From Candidatus Woesearchaeota archaeon (GTDB lineage Archaea > Nanobdellota > Nanobdellia > Woesearchaeales > GW2011-AR4), in NCBI GenBank assembly GCA_016187465.1, contig JACPJQ010000004.1:176806-240805 (forward strand): DNA of 64,000 nucleotides, written 5' to 3'. The translations under genes were made by a program, and so were the position numbers. The notes under the pieces were generated by a model. The model ran no database searches. It saw only the letters and a program-made list of their open reading frames with translations, and was not told the origin of the DNA. Below, piece by piece: positions 28,253-38,360 of this stretch; positions within the stretch are counted from its first letter, which is position 1, and the number at the start of each line of letters is the position of its first letter.

Positions 28253-29500
28253 TTATATGTATTGAATTAATTTTTTTTGTTGTTTGATGTTCTTTAACAA
28301 TCTGCTCTCAGTCAGCAAATAATCAGCATTGTAATTGAAGCTTCTCTTGACTAATTTTCTTGCATACTCCAGCATCAGCTCTTTTGAAGAAAATTCTAGC
28401 GGTTTATTAGCAACTGCTTTGCGCGTAGCTTCACGGGTGCACCACACACCTAAAGGCATTGTATATTCATCCGTTATAAACCTCAAAGCCAAGACAGAAG
28501 CCTGTCTTTTCATTTCTTTCAATTTTTCCAGGATTCCAAGCCTTACAGTGTAATAACCGCCTGCTGTGCCTGATGCATATTCTTTCCTTCCGTAATGGCT
28601 TTCATAATCAGTGCTGAACCTCAACGGCTTGCTGAAATTCCAGTTGGATGGCACGTAAGTCTCAAATAGCTCATAGCTCCAAATCTCTGGGAATATCAAA
28701 ATAAGGTAATAATTGCCAAGATAATTCCCAAAAAACGCAAAATAAGAATTAATCTCATTATAATGCTTGATTTCCTTAATCAGATTTTTTCCAATAATGT
28801 CGTCGGTGGCTGTTATGCTCCATCTTGTCGGCACTAATTTTCTGTCTTTTTTCAATCCCAAGGTTCCGACGCTTAAAATCCTGCTTAGAAAATTCTCGTC
28901 AAAATCATTCTGATAAAGGTAATTCACAGCATCATAAGCCTTCAGGTCATTGTCCTCAAACACCTTGTACACTTTGGTGTGTATTTTTGGATTTTCTGTT
29001 ATTTTTGCCTTCTTTAATTTTGCATTCGGGCCAGTGGGGGCCATGTGCGAGTCCATGTTCAGCCTGAATTTCGGCTTTTCCTGCAGCTCAATGTCAACAT
29101 CAACCGGCTTGGAGGACATTGCAATATCCTGGGACACTTCCAATAAGTTAATTCGTTTTTTTATATTGATGTTATACCTTGAATTGAGCAAAGAACTCCT
29201 GAAATCAACAATCTTTGGTATTTCAAACTGCTGGGAAGCCCAGTATTTTGGAGCGTCGTAAACCCATGCCTCATCATTTTGCTCAGGAGGTGCAAGAATG
29301 CCGACATTTACGTACGGGTAGCCAAACCTTCCGACAAAAGGCGCAACACCGTCGCTTGTAAACTCTTCCTTCTGTACTATTTTTTTAACCCTGAAAAATG
29401 CATTGTTTCTTGCACAGATTGGGCACTTGCCTTTTCCGCAGTCTCCTAGAGGATCGTAGCCTTTGTGCTGCCTGAATGGTATTTGCATGAAAACAAACAA
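28253..29500 (-). CDS. NreA-like archaeal DNA-repair protein (COG1602-like), candidate
   Basis: N-terminal C-x4-C-x2-C zinc motif (CGKGKCPIC). Extreme C-terminus QKKLIQYI fits a PIP box (Qxx[LI]xx[FY][FYI]). Length about 415 aa, typical for Nre. Confidence 0.45.
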   Translation of the reverse strand: MFVFMQIPFRQHKGYDPLGDCGKGKCPICARNNAFFRVKKIVQKEEFTSDGVAPFVGRFGYPYVNVGILAPPEQNDEAWVYDAPKYWASQQFEIPKIVDFRSSLLNSRYNINIKKRINLLEVSQDIAMSSKPVDVDIELQEKPKFRLNMDSHMAPTGPNAKLKKAKITENPKIHTKVYKVFEDNDLKAYDAVNYLYQNDFDENFLSRILSVGTLGLKKDRKLVPTRWSITATDDIIGKNLIKEIKHYNEINSYFAFFGNYLGNYYLILIFPEIWSYELFETYVPSNWNFSKPLRFSTDYESHYGRKEYASGTAGGYYTVRLGILEKLKEMKRQASVLALRFITDEYTMPLGVWCTREATRKAVANKPLEFSSKELMLEYARKLVKRSFNYNADYLLTESRLLKNIKQQKKLIQYI

Positions 29501-29534
29501 TGAAAGAACTAATATAAAGATTTTGTTTATCTTA

Positions 29535-30677
29535 TCAACGATATCTTACATTATAATTTTTTGGAACTACCTGCCCTTTAATTTCAGGATTACATTGTCT
29601 TAGATTTTTTTCTGAAATTTTCTTCGACTTTACAATTTCATCAATTCTAGTTTGAGCTTTTGGAGTATACACCTGATTGCATGCCAAATGTTTTGTATTT
29701 TGGTCTAATTTTAGTCCATATTTTTCTGGATTGTCAAGCATACCTTTTACTGCAAGCACATATGGAACATAATTCTGGGTTTCTGCAGGATACTTTGATT
29801 TATTCAGCCAGAAGTTGAACTCCGGATCTTCCCCCAATAAAACTTTTGTTCTGTTTTGTCCGCCATTATATGCTGTTATCGCTAGTTGCGCTGATCTGAA
29901 ACCTAATGTCAATTTTGCAAGCCAATCCACAGCGGCATTAATTGAATAATCAGGATTCTTGGTCTGGTCAATTATCCCGTCAACTCTTAATCCAGCAACT
30001 TCAGTGGCCGTACCTTTCATCCATTGCATGTACCCGCTAGCGCCTTTAGGGGATACTAAATCTTTGCCTCCGCTTTCGATTGTTTCTACAGCAATTGTCA
30101 GATTGGGTGTAAAATCAGAATAATACTTAAGCAGAGAATATTTATTTTGGGCTTTTGTATGGGCATCTTCATGAATCCTTTTATGTCGTAATGCCCCATT
30201 AATCTTTGCTTCAAGGGATTTTTTATTCGTGAGCAATCTTTGTGCAGCATTTGAAATCTCTCCATGTTCCACTACTTTTGATTTAACATAAGGAAATGCA
30301 GTAAAAAGACTGGCTGCTAATGTGCCGCCAATTATTGCTTTTCCCCCCCATGCCATAGACCTTTTATACGGCGATCTTTTATCTTGCCAAATTGAATTTT
30401 TAATTGCGGTAAGTGCACCTCCGGCAATAACACCATCAACTGCAAATCTCTCCAACCACCTAATCGCCGGATACCCAAATTCACCGCCGCGAAGATATGC
30501 CCATTCAGCCCAAGAATTGAGATATTGGGGAGCTACATATTCGTTTAAGATCATGGCGCCTAAAGAACCGGCTGTTATTGCGATAGGATATTTGACATTC
30601 GGGTCTCTAGCAATCTTATGTCTAACTCTTCTCACACTATTCAACGTACGGGTTAAACTTTCTTTCACCTTTACCAT
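29535..30677 (-). CDS. membrane-anchored lytic transglycosylase (SLT domain)
   Basis: Three N-terminal hydrophobic helices. SLT catalytic region ESGG...GASGYMQWM...AYNGG carries the ES / GxxQ / AYNxG signatures. Confidence 0.65.
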   Translation of the reverse strand: MVKVKESLTRTLNSVRRVRHKIARDPNVKYPIAITAGSLGAMILNEYVAPQYLNSWAEWAYLRGGEFGYPAIRWLERFAVDGVIAGGALTAIKNSIWQDKRSPYKRSMAWGGKAIIGGTLAASLFTAFPYVKSKVVEHGEISNAAQRLLTNKKSLEAKINGALRHKRIHEDAHTKAQNKYSLLKYYSDFTPNLTIAVETIESGGKDLVSPKGASGYMQWMKGTATEVAGLRVDGIIDQTKNPDYSINAAVDWLAKLTLGFRSAQLAITAYNGGQNRTKVLLGEDPEFNFWLNKSKYPAETQNYVPYVLAVKGMLDNPEKYGLKLDQNTKHLACNQVYTPKAQTRIDEIVKSKKISEKNLRQCNPEIKGQVVPKNYNVRYR

Positions 30678-30825
30678 TGTTGTATAGGGTATACTCTTTT
30701 AATATTTAAATTTTATTATTTTAAAGTAGTAACTTTAGATTGATGTGAAATCTTATTATCCTTTTTTTCTATATAGAAAATAACTATTAAATATATTTAA
30801 ATACTGAGGGCAAATAGTCGTTCAT

Positions 30826-31860
30826 ATGGCACTCTCAAAACAGCAGCTAGCTCAAATAAAGGACCACTTGGACAACTGCAAAAATCCATTATTCTTCTTT
30901 GATGATGACCAGGATGGATTATGCGCTTTCCTCCAATTGTATCGCTATAAAAAAGAAGGAAAAGGAATAATTGTCAAGACAACTCCAAAGCTTGGCACGG
31001 TTTTTGCGAGAAAAGTGCAGGAGTACCAGCCTGACAAGATATTCATCTTGGATTTGGCTGATGTAGAGCAGGAATTCTTGGATGAGATGAAAGTTCCTGT
31101 AATATGGATAGACCACCATGGCACTTCCGGAAAAGACAATGCAAAATACTTCAATCCACGCGTTTCAAACCCGGAAGATAATCAGCCAACCTCTTTTTTG
31201 TGTTATGAAGCAGTGCATCAGGATCTGTGGATCGCAGCTACAGGTTGCATAGCGGATTGGTTTATACCTCCCTTCATTAGTGAGTTTAAAAAAGAGTTTC
31301 CTGAGCTTATAGACGAGCCTTACAAGACTGTTGGCGACATAATCTACAACACAAAACTTGGGCATTTGATAAGGATATTCTCTTTTGTATTGAAGGGCAA
31401 AACAGACGAAGTAATGAAATCAATAAAAATCCTTGCAAGGGTAAAAAGCCCTTATGAGATTCTTAATCAGGAAACCGCTCAGGGCAAGTTTATTTACAAA
31501 AGATTCGAGCAGGCAAACAAATTGTACGAGCCTTTGATTAATGATGTTATGCAAACAGCAGACAAAACAAAAGACAGTTTCATAATCTATAAATATAAAG
31601 ACGACAAATCCAGCTTTACAAGCGACTTGTCAAATGAAGCAGTCTACAGGCATCCGGATAAGATTATATTGATCGCAAGGGAAAAAAATGACGAGATGAA
31701 ATGCTCTTTAAGATCAGGCAAAGTTGTTTTGCCTCCTTTGATTGATAAAGCATTGGTTGGGTTGGAAGGCTACGGCGGAGGGCATGAGCATGCCTGCGGT
31801 CTGAACATCAAAACAAGGGATTTTGAGGAATTTGTCAGAAGGTTTAAGGAAATGATTTGA
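30826..31860 (+). CDS. DHH/DHHA1 phosphoesterase (NrnA-like nanoRNase/pAp phosphatase)
   Basis: DHH motifs FDDDQDG and WIDHH. DHHA1 motif GGGH near the C-terminus. Confidence 0.7.
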   Translation: MALSKQQLAQIKDHLDNCKNPLFFFDDDQDGLCAFLQLYRYKKEGKGIIVKTTPKLGTVFARKVQEYQPDKIFILDLADVEQEFLDEMKVPVIWIDHHGTSGKDNAKYFNPRVSNPEDNQPTSFLCYEAVHQDLWIAATGCIADWFIPPFISEFKKEFPELIDEPYKTVGDIIYNTKLGHLIRIFSFVLKGKTDEVMKSIKILARVKSPYEILNQETAQGKFIYKRFEQANKLYEPLINDVMQTADKTKDSFIIYKYKDDKSSFTSDLSNEAVYRHPDKIILIAREKNDEMKCSLRSGKVVLPPLIDKALVGLEGYGGGHEHACGLNIKTRDFEEFVRRFKEMI

Positions 31861-31905
31861 AATTGTAAAATTTTATATATAAATTCTTAATTCCATTAAA
31901 TTGCT

Positions 31906-32349
31906 ATGAATAAAAAATTAGCTGAAATTGTTCTGGGTGTCTCAGGGGGGCTTGCTGCACTCGTATCGGACTTAAATCACTCTAAACAAATAAATATATT
32001 ACATATACTTGATGAGACAAAACCGGTTATCCAGAGGTATGTTGGGTCAGATAATCCGCATAAACAATCATATTGGGTTGAATACAAAGCCCATGAAATT
32101 AGTGGCGATCAGGTGATTTTGTATGATTTTAAGTCTGAAGATAGTTTTTTATTTTTTCTGTTTACCACTAGCGGATCAGATGGAAGAGTGGATTTTGTAG
32201 TAAGATATAGGAAAAAAGGCGATTCTTACGAGACAACCTATCATAATCACGGCGATGAAGTCCAATGGCAGCCAATGTTAGATCAAATATTAAAATCAAA
32301 AAAAATAAAAGACCTATCACAGAAATCTAAACCCTCAAATTCTGGTTAA
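31906..32349 (+). CDS. hypothetical protein
   Basis: 147-aa ORF. Confidence 0.35.
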   Translation: MNKKLAEIVLGVSGGLAALVSDLNHSKQINILHILDETKPVIQRYVGSDNPHKQSYWVEYKAHEISGDQVILYDFKSEDSFLFFLFTTSGSDGRVDFVVRYRKKGDSYETTYHNHGDEVQWQPMLDQILKSKKIKDLSQKSKPSNSG

Positions 32350-32860
32350 TGAAGTTAATGATATCATCCTTCTCTTTGCTGGCCGATTCCTTGCTCCTTG
32401 CCCTTGAAGTGTATACATCAAAATTCTCCTTTTTGATTTTGGAGTTGACCCTGCTTATTTTGTCGTTGATTTTGTTCAGCCTTGTTATCACCATATTGAC
32501 CTTGTTTTTTATCTCATTTGGCAATGCCAGTACAAGCAGTTCGCTGCATTCATTGTTTACATAGAATATCTTGCTTCCCCCGAATGTTTTTTGCTCTTCT
32601 CTCAAAAAATCTTTCCATATGCCTGTATTCGATTCATTGCTTTTCTTAAGTTTCAGTACAAGCGCTTCCTTGTAAGCCTTCGATTTGATTAAATGCAGTT
32701 CGATTGAGTCATTGCCGGCTTCAATGTCATTCCTGAACCAAGAAATATGGGCATCGTCAATGCCATTAAATGTAGAATATTCAATGGCGCCTAAACTTCT
32801 ATCTATATCAATATGAGAAATAGTGTTCTTGTAATCCGGCTCCATGCCTACTACCCCCAA
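32327..32860 (-). CDS. hypothetical protein
   Basis: 177-aa ORF, convergent with the previous gene. Confidence 0.35.
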   Translation of the reverse strand: MGVVGMEPDYKNTISHIDIDRSLGAIEYSTFNGIDDAHISWFRNDIEAGNDSIELHLIKSKAYKEALVLKLKKSNESNTGIWKDFLREEQKTFGGSKIFYVNNECSELLVLALPNEIKNKVNMVITRLNKINDKISRVNSKIKKENFDVYTSRARSKESASKEKDDIINFINQNLRV

Positions 32861-33215
32861 AGCTCCTTTTTTGTGTAATGTAGGCTAGGAAGTATAAATA
32901 TCTGTTGGTTGAAAGGCAATAGGTGGATGAAATTATTGGAGAAAAGCTTTTAAGTTCTATTTTTACTCATTGGAGAAGTGTGGAATATTGAAAAAGCTGA
33001 AAAGTTAGAGGACATCATAATCATTCATTATGTGAGCGATATAGGTTATACAAAGGATACTTGGTATGATATCGAACTTCTTAAAAAAATAAAAAGTAAA
33101 GAGGAGTATGAAACAATAATCTTTTATTGTGTGATTTCTGCTTTATCATAACAACCACAACGCACCACTACCATGAACAATAACCTTTAAATATCACCAA
33201 TAACGCTTCATTCTC

Positions 33216-36200
33216 ATGGAAGGGCAGGTTTCAAGCGATACCCAGGCAATGCCTCAGATAGCCATTGCGCAGGAGGCTGTAAAAGCCACAAGAATAAACA
33301 AGATGGTAATGCACGGCTTCAAGTCCTTCGCCAAGCACACCGAAATTCTGTTTGGAGGCAATTTCAACTGCGTCCTCGGGCCTAATGGCGCCGGTAAGTC
33401 TAACGTATTGGACGCTTTATGCTTTGTCCTAGGCAAATCCTCTTCTAGGGACTTAAGGGCGGAAAAATCAGCCAACCTGATATACAACGGCGGAAAGTCC
33501 AAAAAGCCCGCAAAACAAGGCGAAGTCAGCATTTATTTTGACAATTCCAGCAAGATTTTTCCAACAGAAGACGCTGAAGTCAAAATAACTAGGGTAGTAA
33601 GGCAGAACGGCCAGTCAATCTACAAGATTAATGACAAGGTAATGACCAGGCAGCAAATCACAAGCCTGCTTTCCTTGGCCAAAATAGACCCGGACGGCTA
33701 CAACATCATCCTTCAGGGCGACATTGTAAAGTTTGTTGAAATGCACCCTGATGAAAGGAGGGTGCTTATAGAAGATATTGCAGGCATATCAGTCTATGAG
33801 GAGAAAAAGCACAAGGCAATGCTCGAGCTTGATAAGGTTGAGCAGCATTTGAGGGAAACTGACTTAATTCTTACAGAAAGAAACACTTACTTGAAGGAAT
33901 TAAAGAAAGACAGGGACCAGGCATTGAAGTACAAGGACATGAGCGACAGGATAAAGCAGAACAAGGCTTCCTACTTGAAAATCCAGATAGACAAGAAAGA
34001 TTCTGAAAGGGGGGGAATACAGGAGAAAATAGGCTCCGGCAACAATGACCTGTCAGCTTTAAGGGAAAAAATATCCAAGATTAAGCAGGAGAATGACGAA
34101 AAGAAAAAGCAGATTGAAGCCATTTCAAAGGAAATTGAGGAAAAAGGCGAGACAGAGCAGCTCAAGCTCAACAAGGACGTTGAAACTTTAAAGATAGACC
34201 TGACTAAAAATACGTCAAGAATTGAAGCCTGCAAAAACGAATTAGATAAGATTAGCCAAAGAAGGAATGATTTAAAGAGCAGCATTGAAGACATAGAAAA
34301 AAGGATTGCGCAGCTTGCAAGCGAAAAGAATGATTACGAAGCCCAGACAGAAACAAAGAACAAGGACAGAGAGCTTATCAGCGGCAAAATCCTGAAGTTC
34401 AAGGAAAAGAACAAGCTCGACAGCGTTGCCGACATTGAAAAAAATGTTGAGGAAATCGACAGAAAAGCAGACGAGCTTCAAAAGGAAATAACCTCATTGA
34501 GGGAATCCCAGCATAATTCAATAAGGGAAAAAGACAGGATAAGCCATGAAATAAGCATCATAGAAGACAAGATAAAAAAAGTAATTGATGTTGAAAAAGA
34601 GCACAAGCAGCAGCTTGACGCTTTGAAAGACAGACGACAGATGTTCAAGACATCAACGCTTGAGCTTAACAAATGCCTTGACGAAGACTCAAGCTTTGCA
34701 GTGCAGCTTTCTGATGCGAGAAGAAGGCTCAACGTTGTAAATGAGGAACTGGCTAAGCTGCGCGCAAAAGATATAACCATCAAAGAGTTTGCAAGGGGAG
34801 ATTTGGCAGTCAAAAAGATACTTGAGCTTAAGGGCAAGCGGGAAGGGATTTACGGCACTGTTGCAGACCTTGGCAATGTAAGCTCAAAATACGCTGTTGC
34901 ATTGGAAGTTGCCGCAGGCCCCAGAATCAAAAGCATTGTTGTCGAAAATGACAGGCTGGCGGCAGAGCTTATTCAATACCTAAAGCAGAACAGGCTGGGG
35001 ACAGCAACATTTCTTCCATTGAACAAGATTAGTTCCAGGGAAGCAGGCGATGATGCAAAAAAGCTTGTCGGCGCAAAAGGAGTCCATGACTTGGCAATTA
35101 ATCTTGTGTCATTTGATCAGAAATTCAAGAAAATATTTTTATATGTTTTTTCCGACACAGTAATAGTTGATGACATACATGTCGCAACGCGCCTGGGCAT
35201 TGGAAAAGCAAAATTTGTGACTCTGGATGGCGATGTTGCAGAGTCATCCGGAGCAATGCACGGCGGATTCAGGGAGCGCAAAAAGGAAGCATACGGCTTT
35301 AAGGAAATGGAAGTGGCTGAAAGCATGGAAGCAAACGGGAAAAAAGCGCAGGAGCTTGAAAATCTGATATCAGTTCTTGACAGAAAAAGAGCTGAAAATG
35401 AAGCAAAAATAACAGAACTTCGGGAGAAAAAAGCAGTTCTTGAAGGGGAAATAATAAAGTCGGAAACTTCCATGCACTTGGAGTCAAGCGACACAGACAT
35501 CTCAAGGCAGCAGCAAAATGAACTTCAGGCAAGAGAAAAAGAAATTGACAATGAAATAAGCAAAATAAACAATAAAATTTCCGATTGCAACCGGGAATTG
35601 ACAAGCTTAAAGATTGAAAAGCAGAAATTGAGGAGCGAGATAGCGCAGCTTAACGATCCGATGCTTCTTGCAGAGCTGAACACATTCGAGCAGAAATTCA
35701 AGGAGCTTAGCGAGGAAATCATAAGGCTTGGCTCTGAAATAAAAAACATTGACGCGCAGATAATAAATATATTTTTGCCCGATAAGGAAAAGACAGAAAG
35801 AATCTTAAAGCAGCTTGACAAGGATGATAAGCATTTCAACGATGAAATGAAGAGGCTGCAGGAAGCAATAGCCCAAAAGGAATCTTTGCTAAATGAAAAG
35901 GAAAATCTTGCGAAGGAATTCTATGCAAAATTCAAGTCATTGTTTTCGAAGCAGGGCAAGATAAACGAGGAAATGCAGAAAAATGATGTTTCAATCGATA
36001 AATTAACTGAAGAAAGCCGGCAGGTTGAGATAAAGGTCAACTTTAACTCGCTGAAGAACGCTGAGATTGCAGCTTCATTGGCGGCATTAAACCAGGAGTT
36101 TGCCCAGTATGAAGGAGTAAAGCTGGACTTGGAGAAAACAGAGGAGCAGCTGAAAAGTGAAATCTCAAAGTTTGAAAGAATGAGGGAGGATATTGGCTCT

Positions 36201-36785
36201 GTCAACATGCGCGCTTTGGAAGTCTATGACGAAGCTGAAAGGCAGTACAACGAATTTTTGGACAAAAAAGAAAAACTGGGAATGGAAAAAGATGATGTCC
36301 TTGCCATGATGAACGAGATAGAAGGCAAGAAAAAAGAACTGTTCATGAAGACTTTTGAAGTTGTCAATGGCAATTTCCAGAATTTTTTTGGCATGCTTAC
36401 CACAAAAGGCGCAGAGGCTGCCTTGGTCCTGGAAAATGAGGAAAATCCGTTTGAGGCAGGAGTAAGGATAAACGTTAAGATAACCGGAAGCAAGTTCCTT
36501 GACATAAGGGGATTGTCAGGAGGCGAAAAGACACTTACTGCGCTTGCTTTCATTTTTGCTATTCAGGAGCATGAGCCTGCTTCTTTCTATGTCCTTGATG
36601 AAGTGGATGCTGCATTGGATAAGCACAACAGCGAGAAGCTTGCAAAACTGATCAGAAAATATGGAGAGAGGGCTCAATATATTATGATAAGCCATAATGA
36701 TAATGTTATTACTACAGCAGACATTCTTTACGGGGTTTCCATGAATGAAGACGGGATTTCACAGGTTGTGAGCTTGAAGATTTAG
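33216..36785 (+). CDS. smc: SMC chromosome segregation ATPase
   Basis: Walker A GPNGAGKSN. Long coiled coils with a central hinge. C-terminal signature LSGGEKTLTALAFIFAIQ and Walker B YVLDEVDAALD. The true start is probably an internal Met near 33303. Confidence 0.95.
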   Translation: MEGQVSSDTQAMPQIAIAQEAVKATRINKMVMHGFKSFAKHTEILFGGNFNCVLGPNGAGKSNVLDALCFVLGKSSSRDLRAEKSANLIYNGGKSKKPAKQGEVSIYFDNSSKIFPTEDAEVKITRVVRQNGQSIYKINDKVMTRQQITSLLSLAKIDPDGYNIILQGDIVKFVEMHPDERRVLIEDIAGISVYEEKKHKAMLELDKVEQHLRETDLILTERNTYLKELKKDRDQALKYKDMSDRIKQNKASYLKIQIDKKDSERGGIQEKIGSGNNDLSALREKISKIKQENDEKKKQIEAISKEIEEKGETEQLKLNKDVETLKIDLTKNTSRIEACKNELDKISQRRNDLKSSIEDIEKRIAQLASEKNDYEAQTETKNKDRELISGKILKFKEKNKLDSVADIEKNVEEIDRKADELQKEITSLRESQHNSIREKDRISHEISIIEDKIKKVIDVEKEHKQQLDALKDRRQMFKTSTLELNKCLDEDSSFAVQLSDARRRLNVVNEELAKLRAKDITIKEFARGDLAVKKILELKGKREGIYGTVADLGNVSSKYAVALEVAAGPRIKSIVVENDRLAAELIQYLKQNRLGTATFLPLNKISSREAGDDAKKLVGAKGVHDLAINLVSFDQKFKKIFLYVFSDTVIVDDIHVATRLGIGKAKFVTLDGDVAESSGAMHGGFRERKKEAYGFKEMEVAESMEANGKKAQELENLISVLDRKRAENEAKITELREKKAVLEGEIIKSETSMHLESSDTDISRQQQNELQAREKEIDNEISKINNKISDCNRELTSLKIEKQKLRSEIAQLNDPMLLAELNTFEQKFKELSEEIIRLGSEIKNIDAQIINIFLPDKEKTERILKQLDKDDKHFNDEMKRLQEAIAQKESLLNEKENLAKEFYAKFKSLFSKQGKINEEMQKNDVSIDKLTEESRQVEIKVNFNSLKNAEIAASLAALNQEFAQYEGVKLDLEKTEEQLKSEISKFERMREDIGSVNMRALEVYDEAERQYNEFLDKKEKLGMEKDDVLAMMNEIEGKKKELFMKTFEVVNGNFQNFFGMLTTKGAEAALVLENEENPFEAGVRINVKITGSKFLDIRGLSGGEKTLTALAFIFAIQEHEPASFYVLDEVDAALDKHNSEKLAKLIRKYGERAQYIMISHNDNVITTADILYGVSMNEDGISQVVSLKI

Positions 36786-37576
36786 CTATTATATTTTTTA
36801 ATTACATTGATATAATTTTTGTTCAATCCGCTTAGCCTGTAAATAACAACCTCTTCAACACCAATATCTTTCACTATTTTTAAGTCTCTTTTCAAATCTT
36901 CCACCTTCAAAATAGGCTCATTAACACCAATGCCTGTGGCTATTATGCCAAGCCCCACAATCAAATCTTTTCCAAAATATTTTTTGCCAATCTTAGTCTG
37001 ATTTTCTAGAAAACTTTCAACATTTGGGTGGTTTCTTAGCAAGCTAGTATAAAGCATTATAATCTTTTTATTGTTGTAAAATCTTGGGTCAAATGAAATT
37101 AAAAATAATTCGAATAATAATCTTCTAAAAAATCCGGATTCCAAAGGGTACTCAGAAGTTAGAATTTTGATATTGTATTTTCCGGCATTTCTAAAAAAAC
37201 TCAGTATTATCCTTCTATTTTTAAAATAATCAATGTAGTTTAGCAAATATTTCAAAATTGTTGATTTATAAAATGGTAGCTCTGCATCCCACATTACAGT
37301 CAAAGGCCTTTTATTTTGTTGCAGCTCGTTTATTATTCTTTTCAATGCGGAATTCTTGGTAAATGCTGAGAACCAGTAGCCTTCATCTTTGGCTAGAATG
37401 GGCCAGTACGCCACTTCTTTGACATTCCTGTTTTTGTATTGCCTAACATTATTTTGTATTGAATGGAATTCTTCCAAACTTTTTGCAGCAACAATCAATT
37501 TTGCAGGAAAACTTATTAATTTAATTTTATCAAGATTTTCTTTTGTTGGAAATTCCTCGTAAAAATCTATTTTCAT
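36782..37576 (-). CDS. hypothetical protein (co-oriented with GT2 glycosyltransferase)
   Basis: 264 aa. 4-nt overlap with the upstream GT2 gene suggests an operon. Confidence 0.4.
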   Translation of the reverse strand: MKIDFYEEFPTKENLDKIKLISFPAKLIVAAKSLEEFHSIQNNVRQYKNRNVKEVAYWPILAKDEGYWFSAFTKNSALKRIINELQQNKRPLTVMWDAELPFYKSTILKYLLNYIDYFKNRRIILSFFRNAGKYNIKILTSEYPLESGFFRRLLFELFLISFDPRFYNNKKIIMLYTSLLRNHPNVESFLENQTKIGKKYFGKDLIVGLGIIATGIGVNEPILKVEDLKRDLKIVKDIGVEEVVIYRLSGLNKNYINVIKKYNS

Positions 37577-38328
37577 TTCCTATACCTCAGATCATACTTA
37601 AAAACATCACTTCTTATTTCCCCAAAAAGTAGCCTGTGTAAACCAGACAGCAAAAGCTTAAGCCCGACTTTAAGCCTTCCTTCTTTCTCGAATCTTCTCA
37701 TGGCAACATAGCTTTTTGCGCTTTTAAGGATCCTGAATTTGCCGTGTTTGCTGCATCTTTTTACGTAATCCATGTCCTCGCTCAGCTTTATTGTTTCATC
37801 AAAGCCTTTTACTTTTTTGAATATCCATTTTTTGCACATTATTCCGCTTCCTGAAGCATTCGGGTAAAAAAGCTGGGTCGAGAAAGTCCAGAGATTAAAT
37901 ACTGAAAGAAATATCTTATCCACAAGATTATTGCCCTGGGGATATATGCACAATCCCGCAACATCCAGCTTTCGCTTTTCAAATTCCTCAATTGCATTTT
38001 TTAAAAAATTATTATCAAACTGCACGTCTGCATCCAGAAAAAATAGAATATCACCTTTTGCTGCTTTCGCGCCATTGTTTCTGCCTATGCCGGGCAAACC
38101 GCCTTTCACAATCCTGCAGCCGTATTTTTTTGCTATTTGTTTAGTCGTGTCTTTTGAATCAGCATCAGCCACTATAACTTCATAATCTTTGTAAGCCTGC
38201 TTTTTTATGCAGTCTAATAATTTTGTCAGGTATTTTTCTTCATTGAGGGCAGGGATAATGATGCTTATCATATCCTTAAGTAATTGATTGAGGTTTATAA
38301 ATATGTTTGACGCCAAGAAAAAATCCAC
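37573..38328 (-). CDS. family 2 glycosyltransferase
   Basis: IIIPALNEEKYL and DADS...FLDADV (DxD) motifs. Confidence 0.8.
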   Translation of the reverse strand: MDFFLASNIFINLNQLLKDMISIIIPALNEEKYLTKLLDCIKKQAYKDYEVIVADADSKDTTKQIAKKYGCRIVKGGLPGIGRNNGAKAAKGDILFFLDADVQFDNNFLKNAIEEFEKRKLDVAGLCIYPQGNNLVDKIFLSVFNLWTFSTQLFYPNASGSGIMCKKWIFKKVKGFDETIKLSEDMDYVKRCSKHGKFRILKSAKSYVAMRRFEKEGRLKVGLKLLLSGLHRLLFGEIRSDVFKYDLRYRK

Positions 38329-38360
38329 AAGATTTATAAACAGCTAATGTTTTTGCTATT

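Noticed and set aside
32861-33215. Roughly 60-codon open frame in the intergenic region upstream of smc
   Set aside because: No in-frame ATG is available, only GTG/TTG candidates. A stop lies immediately upstream. No RBS was found.
33971-36553. Series of 100-130-aa minus-strand ORFs inside the SMC gene
   Set aside because: These are antisense to the purine-rich coiled-coil coding strand. They are Ser/Leu/Phe-rich and stop-free by composition only.
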